A DNA stretch of 64,000 nucleotides from an uncultured Cytophagia bacterium (GTDB lineage: Bacteria; Zhuqueibacterota; Zhuqueibacteria; Residuimicrobiales; Residuimicrobiaceae), in assembly GCA_964387285.1 (NCBI GenBank), contig CAYLWO010000009.1:31756-95755 (forward strand). The letters are read 5' to 3'. Positions 41,201-49,709 of this stretch are shown piece by piece; the stretch's first letter is position 1, and each line of letters starts with the position of its first letter. A model generated the notes under the pieces. The model saw only the letters and a list, made by a program, of their open reading frames with translations. It was not told where the DNA came from and ran no database searches. The translations under genes and the position numbers were made by a program.

Positions 41201-41595
41201 ATGAAGCGCTGTAAATTATCCGACCAATCCTCAGGCTGGGCGAAAACAGAGGCGCCGGCCTCCTCGCCCGTCAACGGATGCAACCGGAAATCGAACTGCG
41301 CCGCTGCGCCGATGCGCGCTTGGATGGGATGGGATTGGGAGGCATAGCCCGGACAGGTGACTCCCAATTCCCAGGCGCCCGGTAAAATCCCTTTCAGTAG
41401 GTAACGGCCTTCTCCATCAGTCAAAACATCAAGAGTGGTATTTGACAGATAGACCCTGGCGCCCGGCAACGGCTTGCCGGTAGCGGCGTCAAAAACCCGA
41501 CCGGACCAATCCAGCCGGTCATCAGCGTTTGTTAACGAAGAAAGGAGGGTGTAAAATACAAGTGATAAAAGAAGCGTGTTTTTTTTCATTGGCAC
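38278..41595 (-). CDS. GWxTD-family protein fused to an N-terminal carboxypeptidase-regulatory-like region, with TPR-like helices
   Basis: GRVFDAATGKPLPGARVYL; FWQNRDPAP...EHYQRLIHA...DRGMIYLRFGRPDE; C-terminal PNPRRIY...VYYEIYNL. Confidence 0.8.
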   Translation of the reverse strand: MPMKKNTLLLSLVFYTLLSSLTNADDRLDWSGRVFDAATGKPLPGARVYLSNTTLDVLTDGEGRYLLKGILPGAWELGVTCPGYASQSHPIQARIGAAAQFDFRLHPLTGEEAGASVFAQPEDWSDNLQRFMEYFVGSDENIAGQCRILNPELLDFRYDDKTKILQAATGVNFFVLENQWLGYKIDVQLKQFRYRSYGNGTQLFTTRFTELVPQNAEQKRTWIQNRLAAYYGSVRHFLKALIHDRLPEEGFTLWDDSATSAAGQDPVKINARGWARADEAAHDWVVSLKNRCRINYEPNKTAKRLLKGCDPRLLTLKLNPFFVVMQGADSVRINSLGIVSEPLKFAVLNNWSYLSFAYRLPYDYEPDAASVLDDEQHARQERSLPIGGELQPIMDRLLECDVRFDNYEFLTENRGRLDKIRDYCEKLLEQNQQDALLHYLVGICDRETGLSAPTIARIKTWPSADNHFKKAIALDSTLKDAYYQRAVLQRYRDDYWGAVALARTQIAKNKNAQAAKVGLFRLYDVLLNHEASSELESRLAGSTLPYDRYFLGELYRRQGKFQTADSIFTGLLKDPGAMPVQPVLLSRVRVLVQGDRVREAAAAYWQAVASISDAVSAQFILEDFYPIISQAEFGVLSLELDPQTLQLAFQQFWQNRDPAPAAEYNRRLIEHYQRLIHAEKVYRYDGLQHRTQRDLDALKIEYPPWFAHNDKFCDRGMIYLRFGRPDEEALKNVTDNLNLDNTSSIKKTVSWLYRQTNISPQMIFHFVNNSYMPNNQYVLTSGFRDRAILSDLVGWDPAFTRLQNSNDESYLEDVRNRRLQEVEFSFRHDRRSVAERSRTLPLAHELHIFHESDIQDVLQLSYSLPLQEAAGLLTPGDSLVEVGIALIDERQNLIYRNLRTINVKDKSQFQRFYGHAIGEFETPLQRKDYLLRLHAQSRDGRCVYYWQHIFSCKDSLKNKLSCSPLKQAYNIEPKVSQAGRFRKDIEMVPNPRRIYHTYDPLFVYYEIYNLTLGANGRTDYVIDFSVNQKHKKKNLLDKMTDMFKEGKKSQVAAQYGRAGRKMNESNYYFLDIKELSVGDYELVLNIKDNRSGESATARTDFEIIE

Positions 41596-41628
41596 CGTCG
41601 TTATTTAATTCCAGTTTTCCTTGTCCGG

Positions 41629-42420
41629 TCAGGGCATCGGTGTAAAACCCAACTGCCGCAACCGCTCCTCAATCATGGCAATAAGCGGCATGCCTTTGCG
41701 AGCTTTGGAGTTGGATTGAAGAGAATCCACGCGTATTTTTGATAAAATATCCAACAAGTATTTGATCAATTGTTCCTGTATGTGTTCATGCAAAGCGGCG
41801 CCTGGATAGCGCAATAAAAAATCATCCCAGACGACGAACGCGGCAGGATAGTGTCTCCAGAACGGATGCCAGTGATCATCGCTGGTCGGGCTGATAATCT
41901 CGCGAACCATTTCGTTGACCGACATATCCGACCGACTCTCGGCATAACTCATCAGGCCGAGATAGTTGGTGTACAGACGGCGAAAAATCGCTTCCCGTTT
42001 TACGCTGTCCGCTTCTTCACCGGCCTGCCGATGGTACAGTAAAACCTCGCTCAACCAGCGGGATTTTTCAAAGGCCACCTCGCTCAAATGATAACGCAGC
42101 ACCAGACGCGTCCATGCACTGACGATTTTGCCGTCCACCTCAGCCGGTTCAAAGGTGACGGAGCGGGTAAAAGTGACGGCAGCCGTATCCAGAATTTGAT
42201 GGCCGGATGATTTAAGCACTCTGATCTCATCCGGGTTGCCGCTGCTGTTGACAAAGACAGCCAGATCCACCTGGCCCTCCATCTTTTCCATTTGCGCGTC
42301 AACCGGGTAGTCCAGTTTCACACCGGAATGCACACGCGGCGGCTTGATGCGTTTTTGCGACGTACACGACCATAAACAGCAGATCAGGACTAGAGTCGCA
42401 ATCACCACGCTTTTTTTCAT
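41629..42420 (-). CDS. TonB C-terminal-domain protein with lipoprotein signal
   Basis: LWSC lipobox; YPVDAQMEKMEGQVDLAVFVNSSG...VLKSSGHQILDTAA...FEPAEVDGK. Confidence 0.8.
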   Translation of the reverse strand: MKKSVVIATLVLICCLWSCTSQKRIKPPRVHSGVKLDYPVDAQMEKMEGQVDLAVFVNSSGNPDEIRVLKSSGHQILDTAAVTFTRSVTFEPAEVDGKIVSAWTRLVLRYHLSEVAFEKSRWLSEVLLYHRQAGEEADSVKREAIFRRLYTNYLGLMSYAESRSDMSVNEMVREIISPTSDDHWHPFWRHYPAAFVVWDDFLLRYPGAALHEHIQEQLIKYLLDILSKIRVDSLQSNSKARKGMPLIAMIEERLRQLGFTPMP

Positions 42421-42542
42421 ATTGCATCCGGCCTTTATTTTTGGGTTATACGGTGTGCGAACCAAAAACAACAAACACCCCGCGAGTGATAAAAAACCAC
42501 GGGGTGCAACTATTTACCTCAAGGAGGAATGTCAAAGACCGA

Positions 42543-43922
42543 CTAGAACCGGATCGATAACGTCCCAATTAATTTGGAGAATTTTTTATCCTCCAGCGTA
42601 GGATCGTTAGTCAGATCGTCGGAAGTTTGCTGCTTCCATTTGCCGGTGACGTAGGCAACGTCCATCATCACCTGTTTGTCCAGCATGAACGAAACGCCGG
42701 CGCTGTAAAAATTCTTTTTCGGCCGCAGTTCGACATTTTTATACGGCGACGGCTGATTGAAATAGCCGGCACGTACCCTGGCCAGCAGAATGGGAACATA
42801 ATATTCGACTCCGAAACGCATAGTGGTGACGGCCTTTAAACCGCTGCGAATCGCGCGATTGACTTCGGCCATGCTGACGGACGACACCGAGGGTTCCGTT
42901 AAAAATTTTGCCTGGCTCCAGTCTTTATAGTCCAGGGCGCCGGATAGAAGCAGATTCGAAACGCGATAGGAGGCGCCCAAGCCGAACGTATAGGGTTCGC
43001 GTATTTCATACTCATAGTTGCCGGAATCATCATATTCTGCCGGCTCTATTGCCGTGTCATAATACTCTTTCCAATCTTCGCTCCAATTTTCCTTCAACTT
43101 GTAATGCGTTCCGGTCGTCACCGTCGCGCCGACGCGCAGCGCCTGGCCCATATGATAGAGGATGCCGAACTTCCAATTGGTGGCGTTAAAATCCGTTGCA
43201 ATGGATTGGTTGTAATCCCAATAATCCAAATCGGACACGTTTTTTTCACTTTCATTGAAATAGCGGTACAAATTGCGCACGTCGCTTTCAACGAAATGAA
43301 GGCCGTAGTCATTGCGACCGCGAACAATATTCATGGAAACACCGATGTAAAAATTTTCCTGCATTTCCACGGCTGCGGACAAGGTATATTGATTACGACT
43401 TCCCTCTTCCAGAATGGATTCGTTCTGCAAAAGCGAATCGTTTACATCCGTGATCCAATCCGTGTAGGTGGGTACGACAATATCCGGAAACGCAGCATAA
43501 TGCGGATTAAAGCCCTCTATCTCTAAAACGTTGTCATAATCGCGCACTTTGTTATACCCAAAGCCGAAAACCAGACTGCCGCGATAGGTCGGAATAGGAA
43601 AAATAAAACCCAAAGAGTTCATCCGGGTCGTAGAACCGGTGGCATCATACTGATTTCCCAGAAAGCTTGCTTTATTGGAAACCATATTATGATTGAAACC
43701 CAGATTGAATTCCATGCGCCGCATCTGGCCGATGCCCGCGGGATTCCAATATACGGCTGAATAATCATCAGCCACGCCCACATAGGCGCCACCCATAGCC
43801 ATGGCGCGCGCGCCGACGCCCAGTTCCTCACCCCAGAAAAACACATGCTCCTGGGTCCAACCGTTGTTGGTGAAAAACAGAACGCATGCGAGTAAGAAAA
43901 GGATCAGATATTTCGAACGCAT
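42543..43922 (-). CDS. OmpP1/FadL/TodX-family outer-membrane protein
   Basis: GVGARAMAMGGAYVGVADDYSAVYWNPAG; C-terminal SIRF. Confidence 0.85.
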   Translation of the reverse strand: MRSKYLILFLLACVLFFTNNGWTQEHVFFWGEELGVGARAMAMGGAYVGVADDYSAVYWNPAGIGQMRRMEFNLGFNHNMVSNKASFLGNQYDATGSTTRMNSLGFIFPIPTYRGSLVFGFGYNKVRDYDNVLEIEGFNPHYAAFPDIVVPTYTDWITDVNDSLLQNESILEEGSRNQYTLSAAVEMQENFYIGVSMNIVRGRNDYGLHFVESDVRNLYRYFNESEKNVSDLDYWDYNQSIATDFNATNWKFGILYHMGQALRVGATVTTGTHYKLKENWSEDWKEYYDTAIEPAEYDDSGNYEYEIREPYTFGLGASYRVSNLLLSGALDYKDWSQAKFLTEPSVSSVSMAEVNRAIRSGLKAVTTMRFGVEYYVPILLARVRAGYFNQPSPYKNVELRPKKNFYSAGVSFMLDKQVMMDVAYVTGKWKQQTSDDLTNDPTLEDKKFSKLIGTLSIRF

Positions 43923-43973
43923 ATTATACTCCTGTCTGGCTGACATCTCTTGTTGTATTCCATCACCATCTGC

Positions 43974-45125
43974 TTATCGTCGCCGTCCGCTTGAACTGCT
44001 GCTCGAACTGCCGGAAGAGCTCGACGATCCGGAAGAATGCGATCCGCTGCTACTGCTACCACTGCTGCTGCCGCTGCTACTGCTGCCGGAAGAGCCGGAT
44101 CGCGACACACTGCTGCGTCCGGAAGAAGAGCTGCTGCCGGAGCTGGAACCCGAACTGGACCCCGAACTGCTGCCGGAAGAGGAGCGCCTCGGCGCTTCGC
44201 GCGAAACAGATCCGGAACCTGAGGACGAACGGTTCGATGAACCCGAGGAACGGTGTACGCCCTCACCGGAACTGCGCGACGGAGTGCTGCGTCGGCTGCC
44301 GCTGACATTTTGCTCGCTGCTGCCGGTGCTGCGCCGCGTTGTGGATCTGCTTTGTCCCACCTGACCCTGCTCACTGGTACTGCGGCGATTGGTTTGCGTA
44401 CGTTCCACTTCTGCAGTAGTGGAACGACGCGCCGGTACGCGACGTGCAGATTCTGTTGAATACCAGTCATCCTCGGTCCGCGTTCGTTGCGCACGCTCAA
44501 CAGCACCTTCACCCCGACGGGATACAATCGTACGGTTGGCGTTGGCGGGCGTGACGTTCTTGGTCTCGTTGTTGTTGCGCTCTACCAGAGCGTTTCGTCC
44601 GACAACGGACCGGGTCATATCCCGACGATCAAACGGTCGACGGCTATGATTGCCGCCTGGTCCCCAGGCGCCATCGCCCCAATATCCATCCCAGCCGTTG
44701 TAACCCCAATAACCGCGACCCCAACCCCAGGAATCAAAATAACCCCAACCGCCATAATATGTGAACGAAGGCCAATACCAGGGATTGCCCCAATAATAGT
44801 AACTGCTGTACCACGGATCCCAATGGTGATGCCAACGCCACCAGTCATAACGGCCATAATACCAATAGGGTTCATACCACCACGAATCATAGAGAACCGG
44901 CAACACCGGCCAATCATGGACGTATACATCTGTGCGATTCTTGTGCACCACTATGGTATCTGGTTCAGCCTCTTCCGTTTCACTGGTGACGTTTTCGACG
45001 TAGGTCTCGTCCTCACGCTGATCGGAAGAGTCGTACCGGGCTAACTGGGTGTAACAACCCGAAAAACCCCAACTCATAACCAGCGCGATAAACAAGACTA
45101 CCAAAATTTTGTTTTTATACAACAT
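43974..45125 (-). CDS. Lipoprotein with W/Y/G-rich segment and Ser/Arg/Gly low-complexity tail
   Basis: AGGAGG RBS; lipobox SGC-YTQL; WDPWYSSYYYWGNPWYW; SSGS repeats. Confidence 0.8.
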   Translation of the reverse strand: MLYKNKILVVLFIALVMSWGFSGCYTQLARYDSSDQREDETYVENVTSETEEAEPDTIVVHKNRTDVYVHDWPVLPVLYDSWWYEPYWYYGRYDWWRWHHHWDPWYSSYYYWGNPWYWPSFTYYGGWGYFDSWGWGRGYWGYNGWDGYWGDGAWGPGGNHSRRPFDRRDMTRSVVGRNALVERNNNETKNVTPANANRTIVSRRGEGAVERAQRTRTEDDWYSTESARRVPARRSTTAEVERTQTNRRSTSEQGQVGQSRSTTRRSTGSSEQNVSGSRRSTPSRSSGEGVHRSSGSSNRSSSGSGSVSREAPRRSSSGSSSGSSSGSSSGSSSSSGRSSVSRSGSSGSSSSGSSSGSSSSGSHSSGSSSSSGSSSSSSSGRRR

Positions 45126-45222
45126 AACTTTACCTCCTACAATGGGCTTTAAACCATCCCAAAGTAATATAACTATTGACAACTCAAAAAGCAATGCAAT
45201 AATCCAGCCACTCTATCAAATA

Positions 45223-45247
45223 AACGGAAAAATAAGAGTCAAGTTCC
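45223..45247 (-). promoter_or_regulatory. Putative ECF-sigma promoter for the envelope cluster
   Basis: Minus strand GGAAC-N16-CGTT about 100 bp upstream of the ATG at 45125. Confidence 0.5.
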
Positions 45248-45315
45248 ATCCATTTTCTGGGAGAATATAAAGTAGCCGGCGTTAAGCAAGGTTAACTGGC
45301 AGCCTGGAAAAGCAG

Positions 45316-45346
45316 AAAAGGGCCTGCTCCTTTAGGAACAAAGCCC
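45316..45346 (-). terminator. Probable terminator after the Spy/CpxP gene
   Basis: Minus strand GGGCTTTGTTCCT-AA-AGGAGCAGGCCC followed by TTTT. Confidence 0.6.
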
Positions 45347-45419
45347 TCCTTTCACCCGTACCATAAACAATTTTCAAACACGTTCAAGCCACAATAACGG
45401 TATGATACCAGATTGGCCG

Positions 45420-45887
45420 TCATTCCATTGGCTGACGGCTGCCGCGAAAATGCCGCCACCCGGGTCGTCGCTCTCGCCTGCCGTCGCGATGCATTTTTCC
45501 TTTAGATTCCCGCCACACATCGCGTTGCTCCGGCGTCAACAACTGCGCAACCGCAAGACGATGACCAATGCTTAATTTGGTTATTTCAGCGCGAGTCCTG
45601 GCCATTTCATCAACCAGCGAATTGATGCGCGTCGTGTTCGGCTTGTCCGCATCGGTTTCAGTTTGCAAATCGAGTCTGGCCAGCTGCAACTTGCTTTTAA
45701 GCGGCACAAGTTCCTTCTGCAGCTTGACTCTTAATTGCTTGATATCCTGCTTTTGTTCCTTGGTCAGCTTCAATTCTTCCGGCAAGCGCGGTGGATTGAA
45801 TCCAGGTTCATGGTCTGGCTGCGCCAACAGCCGGGTTACGCCGAGGATTACACAGGCGACGAAGAAAAACATAAAGATCTTTTTCAT
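45420..45887 (-). CDS. Spy/CpxP-family periplasmic protein
   Basis: Signal peptide; LKLTKEQK and LLTPEQR (LTxxQ motifs); helical. Confidence 0.85.
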   Translation of the reverse strand: MKKIFMFFFVACVILGVTRLLAQPDHEPGFNPPRLPEELKLTKEQKQDIKQLRVKLQKELVPLKSKLQLARLDLQTETDADKPNTTRINSLVDEMARTRAEITKLSIGHRLAVAQLLTPEQRDVWRESKGKMHRDGRRERRPGWRHFRGSRQPME

Positions 45888-45907
45888 AACAACCTCCAAA
45901 AAATTAA

Positions 45908-46399
45908 TTATTGTCTACGGATTCTCGATTTCATTTCTCTTGCTTCATGGTTATCTCTGATAAAGGCGGCGAGCATCATCCGCCATTGCCGATCATTGAG
46001 AAAAGGACGCATGGACAGCAAATGATCGATGGTGCCGGCATCCAACTCGGTCTGAACGGCAGCCAGGCGCTGCACCAGGGATTTTATCGAATCTTGAGCC
46101 GCAGGCCGGGTCATCAACGTCTCCATCAATTGCCGCCGATTCTTCTCCAACTCGAAACGCAACCGCTCCATTTTGTCGTCAAAGGGCCCACGTAATTTGG
46201 CCAATTCCCGCTTTTGCGGGGGGTCCAGGTCCAGGGTTCTCCACAACGGACGCAGCGGCCGAACGCTGCGATCCGGCCGCTGCAGCAAGGCCGGAGCACG
46301 TCGCATACCGTCGTATCGTCCCCAAAAGAAGAGCAGAGTCGCTGCGACAGCCACATTAACGGCGAGCGAAAACAATAATATCATTTTCAACTTATTCAT
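45908..46399 (-). CDS. Periplasmic heavy-metal-sensor family protein (ZraP/CnrX-like)
   Basis: LLFSLAVNVAV anchor; LDLDPPQK; FLNDRQ; helical hairpins. Confidence 0.75.
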   Translation of the reverse strand: MNKLKMILLFSLAVNVAVAATLLFFWGRYDGMRRAPALLQRPDRSVRPLRPLWRTLDLDPPQKRELAKLRGPFDDKMERLRFELEKNRRQLMETLMTRPAAQDSIKSLVQRLAAVQTELDAGTIDHLLSMRPFLNDRQWRMMLAAFIRDNHEAREMKSRIRRQ

Positions 46400-46853
46400 C
46401 GTTATCTCCCGTCTCTGCATAACCGTCGCGAAAAGCTTCAGCGTATTGACCGGCTAACGAGGAGGATTCAGACCAGAGTCCGGAATCGCTCCGTTCTTCA
46501 GTCTGCACGGCATTATAGGACCAAAGCGATTCATACAAACCACTGCCCAGGCCAATGCCCAGCAAGAGACCGGCGGCCACAACCAGCGAAGCACAGGCGC
46601 GACCCAGCCAGGCCGGCGCCCGCTTTTCTTCCGTGCGTTGTTTGAGCAGGGCGGCTACGCGCGTCGCCAGAAAAGGATCGGTTATCAGAGCGTCGTCCTG
46701 TGCCAGAAATTCGTATACGGCTGACAACCGTTCGACTTGCTCCTGACATGCGGCACATCGCTCCAGATGCCGTTTGACGGCTTGGCTGCTCTGCTGATCC
46801 AATTCACCATCCAACCATGCAGAGAGCCGATTTTGATATTCACATTCGGTCAT
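46392..46853 (-). CDS. Zinc-binding anti-sigma factor (zf-HC2) with transmembrane helix
   Basis: CEYQNRLSAWLDGEL...HLERCAAC (HxxxCxxC) and one TM segment. Confidence 0.9.
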   Translation of the reverse strand: MTECEYQNRLSAWLDGELDQQSSQAVKRHLERCAACQEQVERLSAVYEFLAQDDALITDPFLATRVAALLKQRTEEKRAPAWLGRACASLVVAAGLLLGIGLGSGLYESLWSYNAVQTEERSDSGLWSESSSLAGQYAEAFRDGYAETGDNDE

Positions 46854-46890
46854 CTCTATTCCTCATTCTATTGAACACCCCCCAAAAAAA

Positions 46891-47502
46891 TTACTTGCTT
46901 GAATTTTGAAAATAATCGGCCAAACTTGCTAAAAGATTTTTTTTTGCCCGGTGCAACCGCGATTCCACCGCACTCACGCTGCTGTGGGTCGCTCTGGCTA
47001 TTTCTTCATACGAGAGCCCCTCATAGCGATGCAGAATAACCGCTACGCGTTGCTCATCCGGCAAACCGGCCAGAGCCCGACGAACCTGGCGGATGCGTTC
47101 CTGTTTTTCGATTTCGTGCAACGGATCGCCATCCGCATCCACCAGCGCCTCCGCCTTTCCCTGCCTGTCGTCACCAAATAACGCCAGCCAGCGCTTTCGC
47201 TTGCGCGAACGCAAAACATTCAGGCAATGATTAATGCTGATACGATACAACCAGGTGCTGAACCTGGCCTCTGGTTGAAAGGATGAAAGGGCGCGAAAAA
47301 GTTTTAAAGCGATTTCCTGCGCAGCGTCCTGTGCGTCGGCTCGTGACTGCAACAAACGCGTGCAGACGCGCACAATGACGTCCTGATGGCGTTGCAGCAA
47401 AATGACATAGGCCGATTCATCGCCCGATCGAAATCGCTGAACAAGTTCTTCATCACTCCATTGAACTTTTTCGCTTTTAGGGAGCCACATCTTTTTGCAC
47501 AA
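46891..47502 (-). CDS. ECF RNA polymerase sigma factor (RpoE/SigW-like)
   Basis: SDEELV, DAQDAAQE, FSTWLYRISINHC, EGLSYEEIA, VESRLHRA. Confidence 0.93.
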   Translation of the reverse strand: MCKKMWLPKSEKVQWSDEELVQRFRSGDESAYVILLQRHQDVIVRVCTRLLQSRADAQDAAQEIALKLFRALSSFQPEARFSTWLYRISINHCLNVLRSRKRKRWLALFGDDRQGKAEALVDADGDPLHEIEKQERIRQVRRALAGLPDEQRVAVILHRYEGLSYEEIARATHSSVSAVESRLHRAKKNLLASLADYFQNSSK

Positions 47503-47529
47503 TCTGTTTTACCGGTTTCTACCAAGCAA

Positions 47530-47554
47530 GACGAACCCACGGCTGTTTTGTTCC
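47530..47554 (-). promoter_or_regulatory. Putative autoregulatory ECF promoter
   Basis: Minus strand GGAAC-N16-CGTC just upstream of the sigma gene. Confidence 0.6.
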
Positions 47555-47781
47555 AGGCTTACGGAAAAAATTCATCTTTGCGTCTCACGACCGGGGACCT
47601 TTTCAACTTTAACACCGTTAACGGGTAAAACTTTCATTTCATCTGTCATCATTTTGTGAATTAAGTATCATGAAAAACATTTATCTGGCATCATTTACTG
47701 ACAAATGGCATGTAATTTGTAGCAAATTTTAGCTAGAGACAGTCCACGGGAAGCCAACTTGTCATACTAGTTTATTTTTTA

Positions 47782-47810
47782 TTGACTTGACGCTATAATT
47801 TTATTATATT
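47782..47810 (+). promoter_or_regulatory. Sigma70-type promoter for the secreted-protein array
   Basis: TTGACT-N17-TATATT, the same hexamers as the tRNA-Asn promoter. Confidence 0.6.
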
Positions 47811-47994
47811 TTCCCGATGGCTGGTGTATACTTTTCATTACTATCGCAATAAAAATTAGACAGTTTTTTCAACTTGTATGGTTGCCGGTCTAAACGAAAG
47901 CGAGGTGTCGATCCACAGTCATTGTTTCCAGGCTCTTTTGTCTGCATCATGTAATTCGGAAACAGCACTTTTTCACAAAGCATCAGGAGTTACT

Positions 47995-49392
47995 ATGCGC
48001 ATAGCTACGATTTTCTCAGAGCCGGTACAAGGCAGAAGCCTTTTTATTGGCGTCCTTTTTTGGTTGGTCTTATTAGGCATCCCGGCGCTCTGGGCGCAAA
48101 CCAGCGCTGTTGGCGATCTGGTATGGTCCGATGATAATCAAAACGGCATTCAAGATGTCGGAGAACCGGGTCTGCCCAACGTCACGGTCTTATTGCTCAA
48201 TAAAGACGCTCAGGTTATTATCTCGCAAACTTCCGATGATGAAGGCTTTTTTATTTTTAACGGGCTTGCTCCCGGACAATATCTGCTGCAATTCATTTTA
48301 CCGGGCGGATATCATTTCACTCGCGATCATCAAGGTTCCAGCGATGAAATCGACTCTGACGCCAATCCGCTGAACGGCCTCACGCCCATCATCACCCTGG
48401 GTGACGATGAAACAACCTATCTCGTAGATGCCGGCATGGTGCGGCGAGAGACCTCTAATCTGCGCATCTGGAAAACCGTCAGCAAGAATATCGTTCTTGT
48501 CAATGAGATGTTTTCTTATAAAATCAGTGTGATCAATAACGGTCCGGATCCTGCTTTTAACGTAATCGTCAACGAACCCATCTCGACCAGATTATCGCTG
48601 GTGGAAGTGCTGCCGCCGGCGCAAATGACCCCGTTGCAATTGATCTGGGAATATCCGATTCTGGGCGTCGGAGAGACCTTGACATTCGACATAACGGTAT
48701 ATGCACTGGAAGTGGGCAGCGCGACCAATATAGCCACCGTCTCATCCTCCAATTTTGATCCGCACGAATATGATAATTTTGCTTCAACCCTGGTGGATAT
48801 CCTGGTGCCTGTCGAATTGTCCGGTTTTACGGCGGCGCCGACTTGTAGCGGTGTGCTTTTATCCTGGACCACTGCTTCTGAAACGGAAAATTTGGGATTT
48901 TATCTTGAACGCAGTGTTCGAGCAGACGGCGCCTTCCAACGCATCAACTCTGAACTTGTTCCCGGCGCCGGCAATGCCAGTTCGCAGCACAACTATTCCT
49001 ATACGGATCACTCTGCAGAAACGGGCATCGATTATTATTATCGGCTGCTGGATGTATCCTTTGACGGCCAAGTCCGCAGCCACCCCGCTGTCATGATGAG
49101 CGTTCCGCAGAATCTAGAATTGGCCTTGCCGCAAAATTATCCGAATCCTTTTAACGCGCAAACCGCCATCCGTTTCAGTTTACCGCAATCCGCCCCGATC
49201 CGGCTTGGCATCTACAATATCATGGGACAAAAAGTGAAAACGCTGCAGGAACAAATACTGAACGCCGGCTTTCACTCCATTTCCTGGTCCGGCGATGATG
49301 ATGCGCATCAACCGCTGCCGAGCGGCGTTTACCTCATTCGCCTCGAAAGTCAAGATCGCTCTGTAACGCGCAAAATCCATTTGCTTCGCTGA
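47995..49392 (+). CDS. Secreted SdrD-B + DUF11 + PVEL-Ig + FlgD-type tail protein
   Basis: VGDLVWSDDNQNGIQDVGEPGLPNVTV; KTVS...YKISVINNGPD; PVELSGF; QNYPNPFN. Confidence 0.85.
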   Translation: MRIATIFSEPVQGRSLFIGVLFWLVLLGIPALWAQTSAVGDLVWSDDNQNGIQDVGEPGLPNVTVLLLNKDAQVIISQTSDDEGFFIFNGLAPGQYLLQFILPGGYHFTRDHQGSSDEIDSDANPLNGLTPIITLGDDETTYLVDAGMVRRETSNLRIWKTVSKNIVLVNEMFSYKISVINNGPDPAFNVIVNEPISTRLSLVEVLPPAQMTPLQLIWEYPILGVGETLTFDITVYALEVGSATNIATVSSSNFDPHEYDNFASTLVDILVPVELSGFTAAPTCSGVLLSWTTASETENLGFYLERSVRADGAFQRINSELVPGAGNASSQHNYSYTDHSAETGIDYYYRLLDVSFDGQVRSHPAVMMSVPQNLELALPQNYPNPFNAQTAIRFSLPQSAPIRLGIYNIMGQKVKTLQEQILNAGFHSISWSGDDDAHQPLPSGVYLIRLESQDRSVTRKIHLLR

Positions 49393-49418
49393 TATACCAA
49401 CCCAGATAAACTGGAATC

Positions 49419-49452
49419 AAATGTCGGACACCTCCGGAGGTGTCCGACATTT
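49419..49452. repeat. Perfect 34-bp palindrome
   Basis: AAATGTCGGACACCTCC|GGAGGTGTCCGACATTT, no loop and no U-tract. Confidence 0.85.
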
Positions 49453-49709
49453 CTTGACCATTTTTAAAAAATATCAGCTTTAACACACCAACTCCTCCTC
49501 AGGCCAAGTCCGGTTTTATTACACCCTGGCACATTCTTTGAACATCTATTGGCAGAGTCAATTGGCGTCGCCACGCCTATCGTTTTATTATTTATAATGA
49601 TATGGATATTTTTCTTGAGCTCTTTCTAAGAAAAATCTCTCTTTTTTTGTGGCCTAAAAATGAAAAATGGGACATATCAGCGACACTCTTTTGACAAACA
49701 GGAGGTCCA

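Noticed and set aside
43980-44300. Tandem GCTGCTGCCGGAAGA-like repeats as a CRISPR array or VNTR
   Set aside because: They encode the SSGS tail of the lipoprotein; no constant repeat with unique spacers
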